A DNA stretch of 64,000 bases from assembly GCA_905478465.1 (NCBI GenBank), contig CAJQIN010000002.1, forward strand, positions 88,312 through 152,311. The letters run 5' to 3'. The stretch comes from Minisyncoccota bacterium. GTDB taxonomy: Bacteria > Patescibacteriota > Minisyncoccia > Phycocordibacterales > CAJQIN01. The position numbers and the translations under genes were made by a program. Below the pieces are notes generated by a model. That model was not told where the DNA came from. It worked only from the letters and a program-made list of their open reading frames with translations, and ran no database searches. Positions 19,375 through 29,334 of the stretch are shown piece by piece (position 1 is the stretch's first letter; every line of letters begins with the position of its first letter).

Positions 19375-20472
19375 TCAACGAACTGCCAGGGTGCTACCCG
19401 CATATTCTAAACCAACAGGTTCGATGACCACTTTTTTTTCACCGGTTTTGATATACCCAGCATTGAATGCCTTGAAACCAAGTCCTTGAGCAGTTTTAAT
19501 AACTTTTTCAACATCATTCCGAGGAACATACAGAGCAAAGCCTGCGCCCATGTTTAGATTTCCATAAGCTTCTTCATTACTCACGGGCCCGTATTCACGA
19601 ATAAAATCAAAGATAGGTAATTGCGTCGGCAGCCTCTCAATTACGTAAGTAAGTGGACGATTCGAACGCATAAATTTGCGCCAGCCGTGTCCTGTGATAT
19701 TAACTGCATAGTGAATATCAATACCAACATCGAGACAATCTTCAATTAAACCAACATAAATATGTGTTGGATCAAGAAGTGCTTCACCATACATACGACC
19801 ATCACTGAGTTCAGTTTCATATCCTTCTGGCATTTTGTCAGCAATTTTTCGTGCCATCGTAAGACCATTTGCATGAATACCTGAAGATTCGATAATAACA
19901 ATATTGTCACCATGTTGAATATTATCTGTAATGAGACGACTTTTTGGACTAACAATACCCGTTGCTGAACCCGACAAAACAACTGTCCCTGGTAAAATTA
20001 TGTCTTTAAGGGTAGGGGTTTCACCACCACCCCAAACACATCGAGCAAGATCACAAGCGTTTTTCCATCCAGTAACAAGACCACTTGTACGCAACTCATC
20101 ATTGAACCAATCTGATGTACCAACTGCAAGATGCATGGCCACTGAAACAGGAAGTGCCCCCAGAGTAACAAGATCATTCACAATCATTGCAACCGTACAT
20201 TGAGCAATATGATCGTAGAACGTCTTTCCTGTTAATGCATACATAGCATCCGCCACCAAATTCTTGGTACCGAGACCTTCCTCAACATGTGCGAGAAATG
20301 AATCAGGTGTTTCGATAAGGTAAGCGCTCTCACCCCGACTTGGTTCAAATTCTGTAAGCCCAAGACGTTTGATATTTCCCGATGTTTGATTGCCGGCACG
20401 CTGTGCCAACCGTTTAAAAGGGTCCATGCTGTCATAATCAACTCCACTGCCTGCATAAGTCATTTTTGCCAT
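19375..20472 (-). CDS. purM: PurM-like (AIR synthase-related) protein, probably phosphoribosylformylglycinamidine cyclo-ligase
   Basis: N-terminal YAGSGVDYD matches PurM Y-x-x-AGVDID. About 360 aa with the two-domain layout. Other PurM-superfamily members cannot be excluded. Confidence 0.55.
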   Translation of the reverse strand: MAKMTYAGSGVDYDSMDPFKRLAQRAGNQTSGNIKRLGLTEFEPSRGESAYLIETPDSFLAHVEEGLGTKNLVADAMYALTGKTFYDHIAQCTVAMIVNDLVTLGALPVSVAMHLAVGTSDWFNDELRTSGLVTGWKNACDLARCVWGGGETPTLKDIILPGTVVLSGSATGIVSPKSRLITDNIQHGDNIVIIESSGIHANGLTMARKIADKMPEGYETELSDGRMYGEALLDPTHIYVGLIEDCLDVGIDIHYAVNITGHGWRKFMRSNRPLTYVIERLPTQLPIFDFIREYGPVSNEEAYGNLNMGAGFALYVPRNDVEKVIKTAQGLGFKAFNAGYIKTGEKKVVIEPVGLEYAGSTLAVR

Positions 20473-20658
20473 CTGTTTTATTCCTTGTGTTAGAGATGTG
20501 CAAGATCATTTTCTAAAACGCATATTACGTAAAACATCACAAAAAGCAACCATCTGCAAGGTTTTTTTATTTTTGAATACTCTAAACAATACAGATAAAT
20601 TATATTAATTTTTGCACAAAACAGCGGCAAAAATAAAAACCATGTTATCATTTCATAA

Positions 20659-23600
20659 ATGCAACACCTCGAAGGACTCAATCCAGCACAGAAAGAAGCC
20701 GTTACCACCACAGAAGGTCCGGTACTAATTGTAGCAGGAGCTGGATCAGGGAAAACTCGAGTTATCACTCACCGTATCGCACACATTGTTTCTCAAGGAA
20801 TCGAACCTGCCAATATTTTAGCGGTAACTTTCACAAATAAAGCGGCTAAAGAGATGCGTGAACGAGCAATGAAACTCCTTAGCAATGACTTCGCAACAGG
20901 ATCCACACCTTTCATTAGCACTTTCCATGCGCTCGGTGTCTTTCTTCTTCGTTCTCATTACAAAGAACTAGATATTCCAAAACATTTCACTATTTTTGAC
21001 CGAGATGATTCAAAAAAAGCTGTCAAACAAGCACTAAAGAAAAAAGGACTAGACCCAAAAGAATATGACCCTGGGAAAATTCTTAACTCCATCTCAAAAC
21101 AAAAAGGGGACTCTATTACCGTAGAAGAATTCACCGCCAATGCCTCAAGTTACTATGAGGAACTGATAGCAGACATTTGGAATGAGTACGAACGTATTCT
21201 ACAAAAAAATAGAACTTTTGATTTTGATGATCTTCTTCTAAAATCTGTATCATTTCTACGAAAACATAAAGATATCAGAGAAAAATATCACGGTATTTGG
21301 AAATACGTACATGTTGATGAGTACCAAGATACCAACCAAGTACAATATGATTTAATAAAACTACTAACAAATACTGATAACAATATATGTGTTGTGGGAG
21401 ATGGTGACCAATGCCTAATTAAAGGAACAAAAGTTACCTTAGCAGAAGGAAAAACTATAAATATTGAAAAAATAAAAAAAGATGATCTTGTTATGTCTAA
21501 CTACGGAAGTGGTGATTTCAGACCCGCAAGAGTGACTTCAGTACTCAAGAAAAAAACAAATAGTACTCTAGTACGAATACACACATCAAAAGGGAGAACA
21601 ATTGAAAGTACTCCCGAGCACATACATTTTGCAGGATATCGTCTAGGTGATACCCCGCAAAGCTATGTAACATATCTCATGTACAAAAAAAGTATTGGTT
21701 GGAGACTTGGTGTATCACAGATATATACAAATGGTGGCAAAAATACCATCGCTGGTTTTGCACAACGATCAAATCAAGAACACGCCGATGCTCTATGGAT
21801 AGTAGGGACATATACAACACCAAATGAAGCTCGTGTACACGAATACACACTGTCACTTCAATACAAAATTCCAACACTACCTTTTGTGGCGAGAAAAGGC
21901 GGAAGCACGAATGGATATGTACATGACCAAAAAATCATCAATAAAATCTTCTCATCATTTAATACAGATCAAGGTGCAAAAAAATTATTAAAAAGTCTTG
22001 GTTTATTAGAAAAATATCCTCATCACCGTCCTCAGTCACACAATAGCAATAGAAGAAATATCATCATCACACTTTGTGGAGATAGAAGAGGATCTACGCC
22101 TATGCACAGGATGAGTATGGTAGGGAATGATGTTTTAGGAAAAAAAATACTTACATCTATAGGTCTCTCTGTACGACCAGCTAAAAAAGGATCTAAAAGC
22201 TGGAGAGTCGAATCCTCATACGGCAACTACGAAGATGTTTTAGGTATCGCCGAACGTATAAACAAAGCTTTTCCCGAAGCTTCTATTATTCAAAATGCTC
22301 GCTTAGAAAAAAATAAAAAAGATGCCCGTAACAAAAACTCTTTATCCTTTATGCCAGCAGGATCTATTGTTCCCGGCATGGTGTTATTCAATGATAAAGG
22401 TGGGTACGACATTGTAAAAAAGGTAGAAGTAACAAAAAAAAGTCCTCAAACCGTATACGATCTAAATATAGAAAAAACCCACAACTACATAGCTAATGGT
22501 ATTGTTACTCATAACTGTATTTATAGCTGGAGAGGAGCGAGTATTCGCAACATCCTCACCTTCGGAGAAGATTTCTCAGACACCAAAACAATTCTTCTTG
22601 AAGAAAACTACCGTTCAACAAAAAACATTCTTGGAGCAGCTAATGAGATTATCAAAAAAAATAATAACCGTGTAGACAAAAAACTTTTTACCCAAAATGA
22701 TGTTGGTGAAAAAATAGAATGTATTGAAGGATGGTCAGAAGGGAATGAGGCAGAAAAGGTTGCTCAAAAAATAAAAGAATTGCTAGCAAACGGAACAAAT
22801 CCTAACGAGATTGTTATGTTGTATCGTGCCAATTTCCAATCCCGAGTTCTTGAAGAATCATTACTTCGTGCAGGAATTTCATATCAACTACTTGGAACAA
22901 AGTTCTTTGACCGAAAAGAAGTAAAAGATACTTTGTCTTTCATCCGAGCCGCACTCAACCCAGATAACTTGGTAGATATTGCCCGCATAATAAACACACC
23001 AGTACGTGGAATAGGAAAGGTAACTATTGCAAAAGTAATTAATGGCGAAGAAGAGACTCTAACAGGAAGAGCTCGAGAGAGTGTCCAAAAATTTAGAACT
23101 ATCCTCCAAAAAATACACAGCGAGAGCACTAACATGCTACCAAGTGAGCTTGTTCGTTTTACCTTCAAGGTAAGTGGGCTCGAAGAGTCATTCAAGTCTC
23201 AAGGAGAAGATGGGATTGAACGCTTTGAAAACGTACAAGAACTTGTGAGTCTGGCAACACGATACGACACCTACCCCGAAGAAGATCGAATTGGAGAATT
23301 TCTCTCAGATGTAGCCCTTGCCTCAGACCAAGATGAACTCATGAAAGATGGCGGGGAAGCGGTAAAGATGATGACAGTCCACGCATCAAAAGGACTCGAA
23401 TTCGATACTGTATTTATTACAGGCCTTGAAGAAGGATTATTCCCACACGAAGGAATGGGTGATGCAAAAACTGATGACGAAGAAGAACGAAGGCTTTTTT
23501 ATGTAGCAGTTACTCGAGCTAGAAAGAAAATTTTCCTTTCTTATGCAAACTCACGAACTATCTACGGAACAACAACACTAAGAGCACCTTCCCAGTTTAT

Positions 23601-23709
23601 TGCTGATATAGGAAATGAATTCTTGGAAGCAACTGCACCCGTGGAACTGGCTGACATTGATACCCAAAGAAAAAAAGGTATTAGTAGTATTTTTGATATT
23701 GATTTTTAA
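20659..23709 (+). CDS. UvrD/PcrA-type superfamily-1 DNA helicase, interrupted in-frame by an intein
   Basis: Walker A AGAGSGKT, motif II VDEYQDTN, and motif III split as VVGDGDQ | intein | CIYSWRGA. C-terminal helicase motifs are present (VHASKGLEFD, YVAVTRAR). The extein is about 648 aa. Confidence 0.85.
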   Translation: MQHLEGLNPAQKEAVTTTEGPVLIVAGAGSGKTRVITHRIAHIVSQGIEPANILAVTFTNKAAKEMRERAMKLLSNDFATGSTPFISTFHALGVFLLRSHYKELDIPKHFTIFDRDDSKKAVKQALKKKGLDPKEYDPGKILNSISKQKGDSITVEEFTANASSYYEELIADIWNEYERILQKNRTFDFDDLLLKSVSFLRKHKDIREKYHGIWKYVHVDEYQDTNQVQYDLIKLLTNTDNNICVVGDGDQCLIKGTKVTLAEGKTINIEKIKKDDLVMSNYGSGDFRPARVTSVLKKKTNSTLVRIHTSKGRTIESTPEHIHFAGYRLGDTPQSYVTYLMYKKSIGWRLGVSQIYTNGGKNTIAGFAQRSNQEHADALWIVGTYTTPNEARVHEYTLSLQYKIPTLPFVARKGGSTNGYVHDQKIINKIFSSFNTDQGAKKLLKSLGLLEKYPHHRPQSHNSNRRNIIITLCGDRRGSTPMHRMSMVGNDVLGKKILTSIGLSVRPAKKGSKSWRVESSYGNYEDVLGIAERINKAFPEASIIQNARLEKNKKDARNKNSLSFMPAGSIVPGMVLFNDKGGYDIVKKVEVTKKSPQTVYDLNIEKTHNYIANGIVTHNCIYSWRGASIRNILTFGEDFSDTKTILLEENYRSTKNILGAANEIIKKNNNRVDKKLFTQNDVGEKIECIEGWSEGNEAEKVAQKIKELLANGTNPNEIVMLYRANFQSRVLEESLLRAGISYQLLGTKFFDRKEVKDTLSFIRAALNPDNLVDIARIINTPVRGIGKVTIAKVINGEEETLTGRARESVQKFRTILQKIHSESTNMLPSELVRFTFKVSGLEESFKSQGEDGIERFENVQELVSLATRYDTYPEEDRIGEFLSDVALASDQDELMKDGGEAVKMMTVHASKGLEFDTVFITGLEEGLFPHEGMGDAKTDDEEERRLFYVAVTRARKKIFLSYANSRTIYGTTTLRAPSQFIADIGNEFLEATAPVELADIDTQRKKGISSIFDIDF
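21412..22515 (+). other. intein (368 aa, class 1: Cys1 ... His-Asn, +1 Cys) inside helicase motif III
   Basis: Block A CLIKGTKV, block B GRTIESTPEHIHF, blocks F/G VYDLNIEKTHNYIANGIVTHN, then CIYSWRGA resumes the extein. No LAGLIDADG or HNH motif is recognisable in the central region. Confidence 0.8.
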
Positions 23710-23758
23710 TTGTTTATACAAAATAGGCTATTTTTTACCACTTTGCTATCATAACCCC

Positions 23759-24514
23759 ATGAACATGTTTGCCAAAAAGTCTCTAGGACAAAACTTCCTC
23801 ATCCAACCACAAATTAGTATCGACATGGTAACTTCTGCACAAATATCCAAAGAGGACACTGTGGTAGAAATTGGACCTGGTACCGGAGTACTAACAAAAG
23901 AACTCCTCCGTACAGCCAAAAAAGTCTATGCCATAGAAAAAGATGACAGACTTATCGACCCTCTCAAAGAAACATTTAAAGAAGAGATATCTTCTGGACT
24001 ACTGGAAATTATTCACGACGATGTACTCAAAACCAAACCACCAACTGAACCTTACAAAATAGTGGCAAACATCCCTTACTATATTACTGGTAAGATTATT
24101 CGACATTTTTTTGACCAAACACATCAACCTAAATCAATGACTCTGCTTGTTCAAAAAGAGGTAGCTGAGCGAGTTATAGCCAGAGAGGGGAAGGAGAGCA
24201 TCCTTTCCATGAGTATAAAAATATACGGAACACCTCACTATATGAAAACAGTAAAAGCGGGGAATTTTAACCCTGTGCCAAAAGTTGATTCTGCGATTCT
24301 ACACATCTCTGACATATCACGTCAGAACTTCGAAAATATTTCTGAGGAACATTTTTTCACCCTACTTCACACAGGATTTCAGAGTAAACGAAAAAAACTT
24401 TCTAAAAATATAAAAGAATTAGTATCTCCAGACACATTTGAAACTTGTAAGATACCACTTGATGCTAGAGCAGAAGACATCTCTCTTGAAAACTGGGTGT
24501 GTTTGTCTAAATAA
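23759..24514 (+). CDS. rsmA: 16S rRNA (adenine1518/1519-N6)-dimethyltransferase
   Basis: KKSLGQNFL start and the SAM motif VVEIGPGTGVLT. The upstream in-frame extension back to 23615 is unlikely because it overlaps the helicase end. Confidence 0.85.
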   Translation: MNMFAKKSLGQNFLIQPQISIDMVTSAQISKEDTVVEIGPGTGVLTKELLRTAKKVYAIEKDDRLIDPLKETFKEEISSGLLEIIHDDVLKTKPPTEPYKIVANIPYYITGKIIRHFFDQTHQPKSMTLLVQKEVAERVIAREGKESILSMSIKIYGTPHYMKTVKAGNFNPVPKVDSAILHISDISRQNFENISEEHFFTLLHTGFQSKRKKLSKNIKELVSPDTFETCKIPLDARAEDISLENWVCLSK

Positions 24515-24523
24515 AACACAAAT

Positions 24524-24874
24524 CTACAAAGATGTTCCAACAGTAGGACCTATAGTACCTTTTGGATTACCAAAAGGTGAACATCCTTTTCCTGAAGTCA
24601 TTAAACATTGTCCACCAGCATCATATAGACCAAGTGCCCACACACCTGAACGAGGGAGGCTCTGATGATCGTATTGTGGTGTTCCTGGATACCACACCCA
24701 CTGCCCATCAATAGGACCTGAAAAAGTAAGCAAAAAATTATTACTACATGTACAGTACACCGAGTTTGTAATATATCCACCAAAAACTGATGAAGTTTGT
24801 GCGTGAGTAACATACCAAACTCCTATCAAAATTAAAATACTGATTATTGCTATTGTTAGTTTTTTTCGAGACAT
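24524..24874 (-). CDS. hypothetical secreted Cys-containing protein
   Basis: Signal-peptide/TM N-terminus (LTIAIISILILIGVWYV). No recognised domain. Confidence 0.35.
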   Translation of the reverse strand: MSRKKLTIAIISILILIGVWYVTHAQTSSVFGGYITNSVYCTCSNNFLLTFSGPIDGQWVWYPGTPQYDHQSLPRSGVWALGLYDAGGQCLMTSGKGCSPFGNPKGTIGPTVGTSL

Positions 24875-24882
24875 AAATTTTA

Positions 24883-25860
24883 TTAGTATGTTAATACTAC
24901 AGTTTCTGTATTAGAAACACCATTATCATTAATAACACGAATAGTTATTGGCCATGTTACATTTTGACCCATATCAACACCATCTTCTATTCCTGGGGTA
25001 TCTGGGAAAGGACGAACCTCGAATACTAGTGTTTTTTCGTCACGAGAAGCCACACCTTCTATTACCCCATAACTAGTACGTATTTCATTATTTTTTAAAG
25101 TAAAACCTGAACCAGTCAAAGTTACTTTTTGTCCATACAAAATTTCTGACGGACTCACACTCTCAACAACAGGAGATATGATAGATGCATCTTTGATAAC
25201 AAAAAAAGTATCTGTATCTGTTTTACCCTTACTATTTTTAACCTCTAGAGCATATTTTCCATAAGAAATATCCGGCACTAAAAAACTCATAGTTTCTCCA
25301 TCAATTGATTCTACATTTTCAATTTTTGTTTCACCAAAATAAACTGTATTTATTGATTCAAAACCTAATCCATGTAATGTAATCTTTGTACCAACAGTTC
25401 CTGTGTATAGAGAAGGGTTAGCGAGAATAAGATCTTTGTATTCATGTAATACATGGGGGACAACAATTTCATCCAAAATATCTGATGACGATTCTATAGA
25501 ATTTTTTCTTGTTGACTGAGAAAATGTATTTAATTTTGCACGAGTTGATGCACCTACATATCCTGTTCCATATTCCAAACCAACAGGTTCTAGAATTTCT
25601 TTTTTATACATATTTTGAAATCGTATCACAGCATTTTTGGTAAGATTTCCAAAATAATATGTTTCATTTCCAGCAGAACCTGTGCCGCTCTGAGTAATTT
25701 GTGTTTGTATATTTGTATTCAAAAATTTCTGTAATTCATAAACATCAAAACTACTATCTCCGATCGACAAATTTTCTTCAAAGACAAATTCTGCGCTGAC
25801 AGTATGTACCATACCTAATATCACACACACTACTAATAAAGAAAGTAAGAAATGTTTCAT
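24883..25860 (-). CDS. secreted protein with putative peptidoglycan-binding domain and Ig-like repeats
   Basis: Signal peptide, a PG_binding_1-like segment (VYELQKFLN...RFQ), and beta-rich repeats. Confidence 0.45.
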   Translation of the reverse strand: MKHFLLSLLVVCVILGMVHTVSAEFVFEENLSIGDSSFDVYELQKFLNTNIQTQITQSGTGSAGNETYYFGNLTKNAVIRFQNMYKKEILEPVGLEYGTGYVGASTRAKLNTFSQSTRKNSIESSSDILDEIVVPHVLHEYKDLILANPSLYTGTVGTKITLHGLGFESINTVYFGETKIENVESIDGETMSFLVPDISYGKYALEVKNSKGKTDTDTFFVIKDASIISPVVESVSPSEILYGQKVTLTGSGFTLKNNEIRTSYGVIEGVASRDEKTLVFEVRPFPDTPGIEDGVDMGQNVTWPITIRVINDNGVSNTETVVLTY

Positions 25861-25890
25861 CTATATATAATACACGATACACTTATATTC

Positions 25891-27261
25891 ATGAAGAAAT
25901 ACATACTACCCATATTAAGTATTTTATTACTTCTCGGGACTCTTCCTTTTTGTGATCTGGGATTTATAGCATGGTTTGCTCTCGTACCACTACTTCTTTT
26001 TTTATACAACAAGAGCACAAAAAACTTCGAAGCAGCTCTCGTTTCGGGAATGGTCTTTTTTTTATATATTCTTGGTGTTCTATGGCCTCTCACAACAGTA
26101 AATGTTTGGTGGTGGTCAAATCCATCCCTATATACACACCGATATTTTTTTATTATCCTAATTGTTCTGATTACCTCTATCTATAGTGGGGGAGTATTCG
26201 GAGCTTTTTTCGGTTGGTGGGGTAAGAAAAACAACAACCCTTTTCTTCTTGGAATTATCTGGTCGATACTTGAACTTATCCGACTTCCTTTTGTTTCGCA
26301 ATTTGAATGGGGAATACTAGGATACACACAACATTCATATCCACAAATAATCTCCATAGTACACCTTATTGGACCCATAGGTCTTAGTGGATTAATAGTA
26401 CTAACCAACGGTTGTCTCGCACTCTTTCTTCTTAAAAAAGACAAAAAATACTTTTTTATCACTGGTGCTATCTTTATAACACTCTTCACTTATGGATATT
26501 TTCAAGAAAACGACCTGCCAAACAACTCTCGCACCATTCTCGTTTCAAGTCTTCATGTAGAAAAAGAGATAAAAGATTTTTATTCAGAAGATGTTGTTAC
26601 AGACACCATCAATCTTATCAAACAAGAACTGCATAAAAAACCAGATATCATTGTGCTCCCTGAAAATATTTTCCCTTTTCTAATTTTTGGAGATAATTCT
26701 TTTCCGATCTCGTACACAACTTCACCTCTTGTATCTCGAACATTCGACACCTTAATAGATATATCTATTCAATACCCAGATACAACAATCTTATTCGGTG
26801 CTCATCACCAAAGAAAAGGGAACTTATTTAACACAATACAACAGCTTTCCGGTGGGGTATTGGTGGATACCTACCAAAAGAATAGACTAATGCCTTTTGG
26901 AGAGAAAAATTTTCTTTTCCTACAAAATCAAACAGGTAAAATGACAAACGGGAAAGATCACGTACTTACCATTCATGATATACACATTAAACCCTTAGTT
27001 TGTTCTGAAATTATTCAACCTTTTAATACACATAATTCTTCCATTATTATCCAAGTAGGCAACGAAGAAATTTTTGACTCACCGTTAGTTGCTAAAGAAA
27101 ATATGATTATTTCTAAAGTAAAAGCTATTCAGCACAAAATATTTATTATTCGATCAACAAAAGGCGGAGGAACAAGTATTATTTCTTCTTCAGGTAAAAT
27201 TCTTACAAAAGAAACAATCTCTACTGAATTTATTTCACACAACATATCCATACCTCAATAG
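25891..27261 (+). CDS. lnt: apolipoprotein N-acyltransferase-like protein (polytopic N-terminus plus CN-hydrolase domain)
   Basis: Multiple N-terminal TM helices, then a nitrilase-type domain with IIVLPENIFPF (Glu) and VCSEII (Cys), comparable to the Lnt ICYEI motif. Confidence 0.55.
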   Translation: MKKYILPILSILLLLGTLPFCDLGFIAWFALVPLLLFLYNKSTKNFEAALVSGMVFFLYILGVLWPLTTVNVWWWSNPSLYTHRYFFIILIVLITSIYSGGVFGAFFGWWGKKNNNPFLLGIIWSILELIRLPFVSQFEWGILGYTQHSYPQIISIVHLIGPIGLSGLIVLTNGCLALFLLKKDKKYFFITGAIFITLFTYGYFQENDLPNNSRTILVSSLHVEKEIKDFYSEDVVTDTINLIKQELHKKPDIIVLPENIFPFLIFGDNSFPISYTTSPLVSRTFDTLIDISIQYPDTTILFGAHHQRKGNLFNTIQQLSGGVLVDTYQKNRLMPFGEKNFLFLQNQTGKMTNGKDHVLTIHDIHIKPLVCSEIIQPFNTHNSSIIIQVGNEEIFDSPLVAKENMIISKVKAIQHKIFIIRSTKGGGTSIISSSGKILTKETISTEFISHNISIPQ

Positions 27262-27377
27262 AGAAAATACCTCACAAAAATCTACCAATCTAATACACAC
27301 TTAACATCTAAGTTATTTTTTAATAAACATGTGTACAAAAAATACTTTTATATTCTACTTTTGTTACAATATAGAAT

Positions 27378-28190
27378 ATGAAAATAAAACAAACTGTACT
27401 CATAGTAACCATTGTCATAATTTCTTTCGTGGGCATATTTTTATACATACGCTCTGTAGAATTTGGAGGAAAAACACAATATACACAAAAAGAAACCATT
27501 CATCAAACCAACTCTCAAACAGCACAAAGAGTTTCTTCAACTGAGGTTATAGACGCTTTTATTGAAACTAATGAGGACCTCAATGTTCTTGATGTTCTTC
27601 ATAGTATAAATAACTCTCTGACCGAAAGATTTCTCACTTATTATGATGAAAAAATCGGCCTTGAAACTCAAGGTGTCGACATACCTACCCGAGAAAAAGT
27701 TCTTCGTGATTTTCTAGTACAAGAAAATTTTGAAAACATACTCAAAAATTACCCCTTATACACAACAACAGACCTGAGAACTGTTGCCGCATCAGAAAAT
27801 ACATTCGCTCAATACAAAAAAGGTTTCGAAACAAGTGTTGCTTTGAATTTAAAAATATCTGAACTTGAAAATGAATTGTCTGTGTTTAGAAAAGCTCAAA
27901 CGATGACAAATAAACAACATAAGGAAATTGAAATACAAAAATTAACAGGCATTCAAAAAAATTATACTGCCCTTAGAGACTCTTTACTTCTTTTGTATGT
28001 CCCATCAGATGCTTTAATTATTCACCTTGATCTAGTTAATTCAATCAATTTTATTATAAATCGTATTGAAGGTATGCAAACATTAATCGCAGATCCTCTT
28101 CGTGCGCAAATATATGCCAGTTCATACGAAAAAGATGCTCACATTTTTATTGATTCTTATACAAAATTAACATCTTATTTATCTAAATAA
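27378..28190 (+). CDS. hypothetical membrane-anchored protein (first gene of the secretion-system-like cluster)
   Basis: N-terminal TM helix. No recognised domain. Confidence 0.4.
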   Translation: MKIKQTVLIVTIVIISFVGIFLYIRSVEFGGKTQYTQKETIHQTNSQTAQRVSSTEVIDAFIETNEDLNVLDVLHSINNSLTERFLTYYDEKIGLETQGVDIPTREKVLRDFLVQENFENILKNYPLYTTTDLRTVAASENTFAQYKKGFETSVALNLKISELENELSVFRKAQTMTNKQHKEIEIQKLTGIQKNYTALRDSLLLLYVPSDALIIHLDLVNSINFIINRIEGMQTLIADPLRAQIYASSYEKDAHIFIDSYTKLTSYLSK

Positions 28191-28263
28191 TACACAACAT
28201 GTTAGTAGGGTATTTATTAAAAACAAGCTACAATAATATGTATAATCATATAATATTCAAACT

Positions 28264-29325
28264 ATGAAATATTCCTATACACAAAATATATCTACCTACT
28301 TTTGTTCCATACTTGTTATATCACTCTTCATAACCCCGTCTTTTTCTTTTGCCCAGCAAAAAGTTCCTGTTATTGATGAAAGTCACATAGAAGTAAGTCA
28401 GCAAATTTTGAATGTCCTCACAACTCTAATGGAAAAAGAGCTACAAAAAGATCCATTAGAAGAGGCTGCAGCAAAACAAGAGCTCGCAGATAGCACTCAA
28501 GAAGAGATTGAATATATCCAAGAAGGGTACAAAGGATATCTTCAAAACGCCTATCTTCCTGGAATAGGGGATATCGACACTTCTTTTTTTGAAACAGACC
28601 TAGAGGAATTCTATAACAGCGTTAGAGAAAGTGAATTTAATCGCTTCATGGAAGAAAACTTTGGGTATGATTTTAACTCTGATGAAACCACTTTTAACCC
28701 TGATCCAAATAATGAACATCCTGGACAAAATCTTAATGTCATAGGAACAGCTTTACGCGCAAAATACGACAACACTTCTGAAGGATACACACTTGATACT
28801 GTCACAGGAGGATCTGAAAATACCCAAGCTTTTCTAGAAGGAGACTTTAGCCAAGGAGGCTGGGATGCGTGGTACTCACTCTCTCAAAACCCTGAAAATA
28901 ATGCCTACGGACAATACTTCCAAGCATCAGAGTCTCTCGACAATCAAATATCAAAAAATATTGTTATTGAGGAGCAGAAACTAGAATGGGGGCAAGGATT
29001 TCATGCCTTAGAAAAAGCTGACGGAACCATTACAACTCCAAGTGTTTTAAACCTAAACCAACTCAACCAAGCAATTTCAACATGTAACAATTCCCTCGAA
29101 GCTATCGATGAATACACAGGTGAATTACTACCTGATAGTCTTGGTAATATGTGTGATGCCATTCGCGAGGGACTAAACAGTACCACAGGACTTCTCGAAA
29201 CAAATTTTGATTTTGCTGAACTGTTTGACTTAGATTTTAGTGGTCTTGTACAGGATTTATTACACGGAGTTGATATGGCAGGCAGTGTTCTTAACCATGT
29301 TGATTTAGGAGGTATCGGCCTTTAA
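28264..29325 (+). CDS. hypothetical secreted protein
   Basis: Signal peptide ending ...SFSFAQQ. Acidic, no recognised domain. Confidence 0.4.
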   Translation: MKYSYTQNISTYFCSILVISLFITPSFSFAQQKVPVIDESHIEVSQQILNVLTTLMEKELQKDPLEEAAAKQELADSTQEEIEYIQEGYKGYLQNAYLPGIGDIDTSFFETDLEEFYNSVRESEFNRFMEENFGYDFNSDETTFNPDPNNEHPGQNLNVIGTALRAKYDNTSEGYTLDTVTGGSENTQAFLEGDFSQGGWDAWYSLSQNPENNAYGQYFQASESLDNQISKNIVIEEQKLEWGQGFHALEKADGTITTPSVLNLNQLNQAISTCNNSLEAIDEYTGELLPDSLGNMCDAIREGLNSTTGLLETNFDFAELFDLDFSGLVQDLLHGVDMAGSVLNHVDLGGIGL

Positions 29326-29334
29326 AAAAATATT

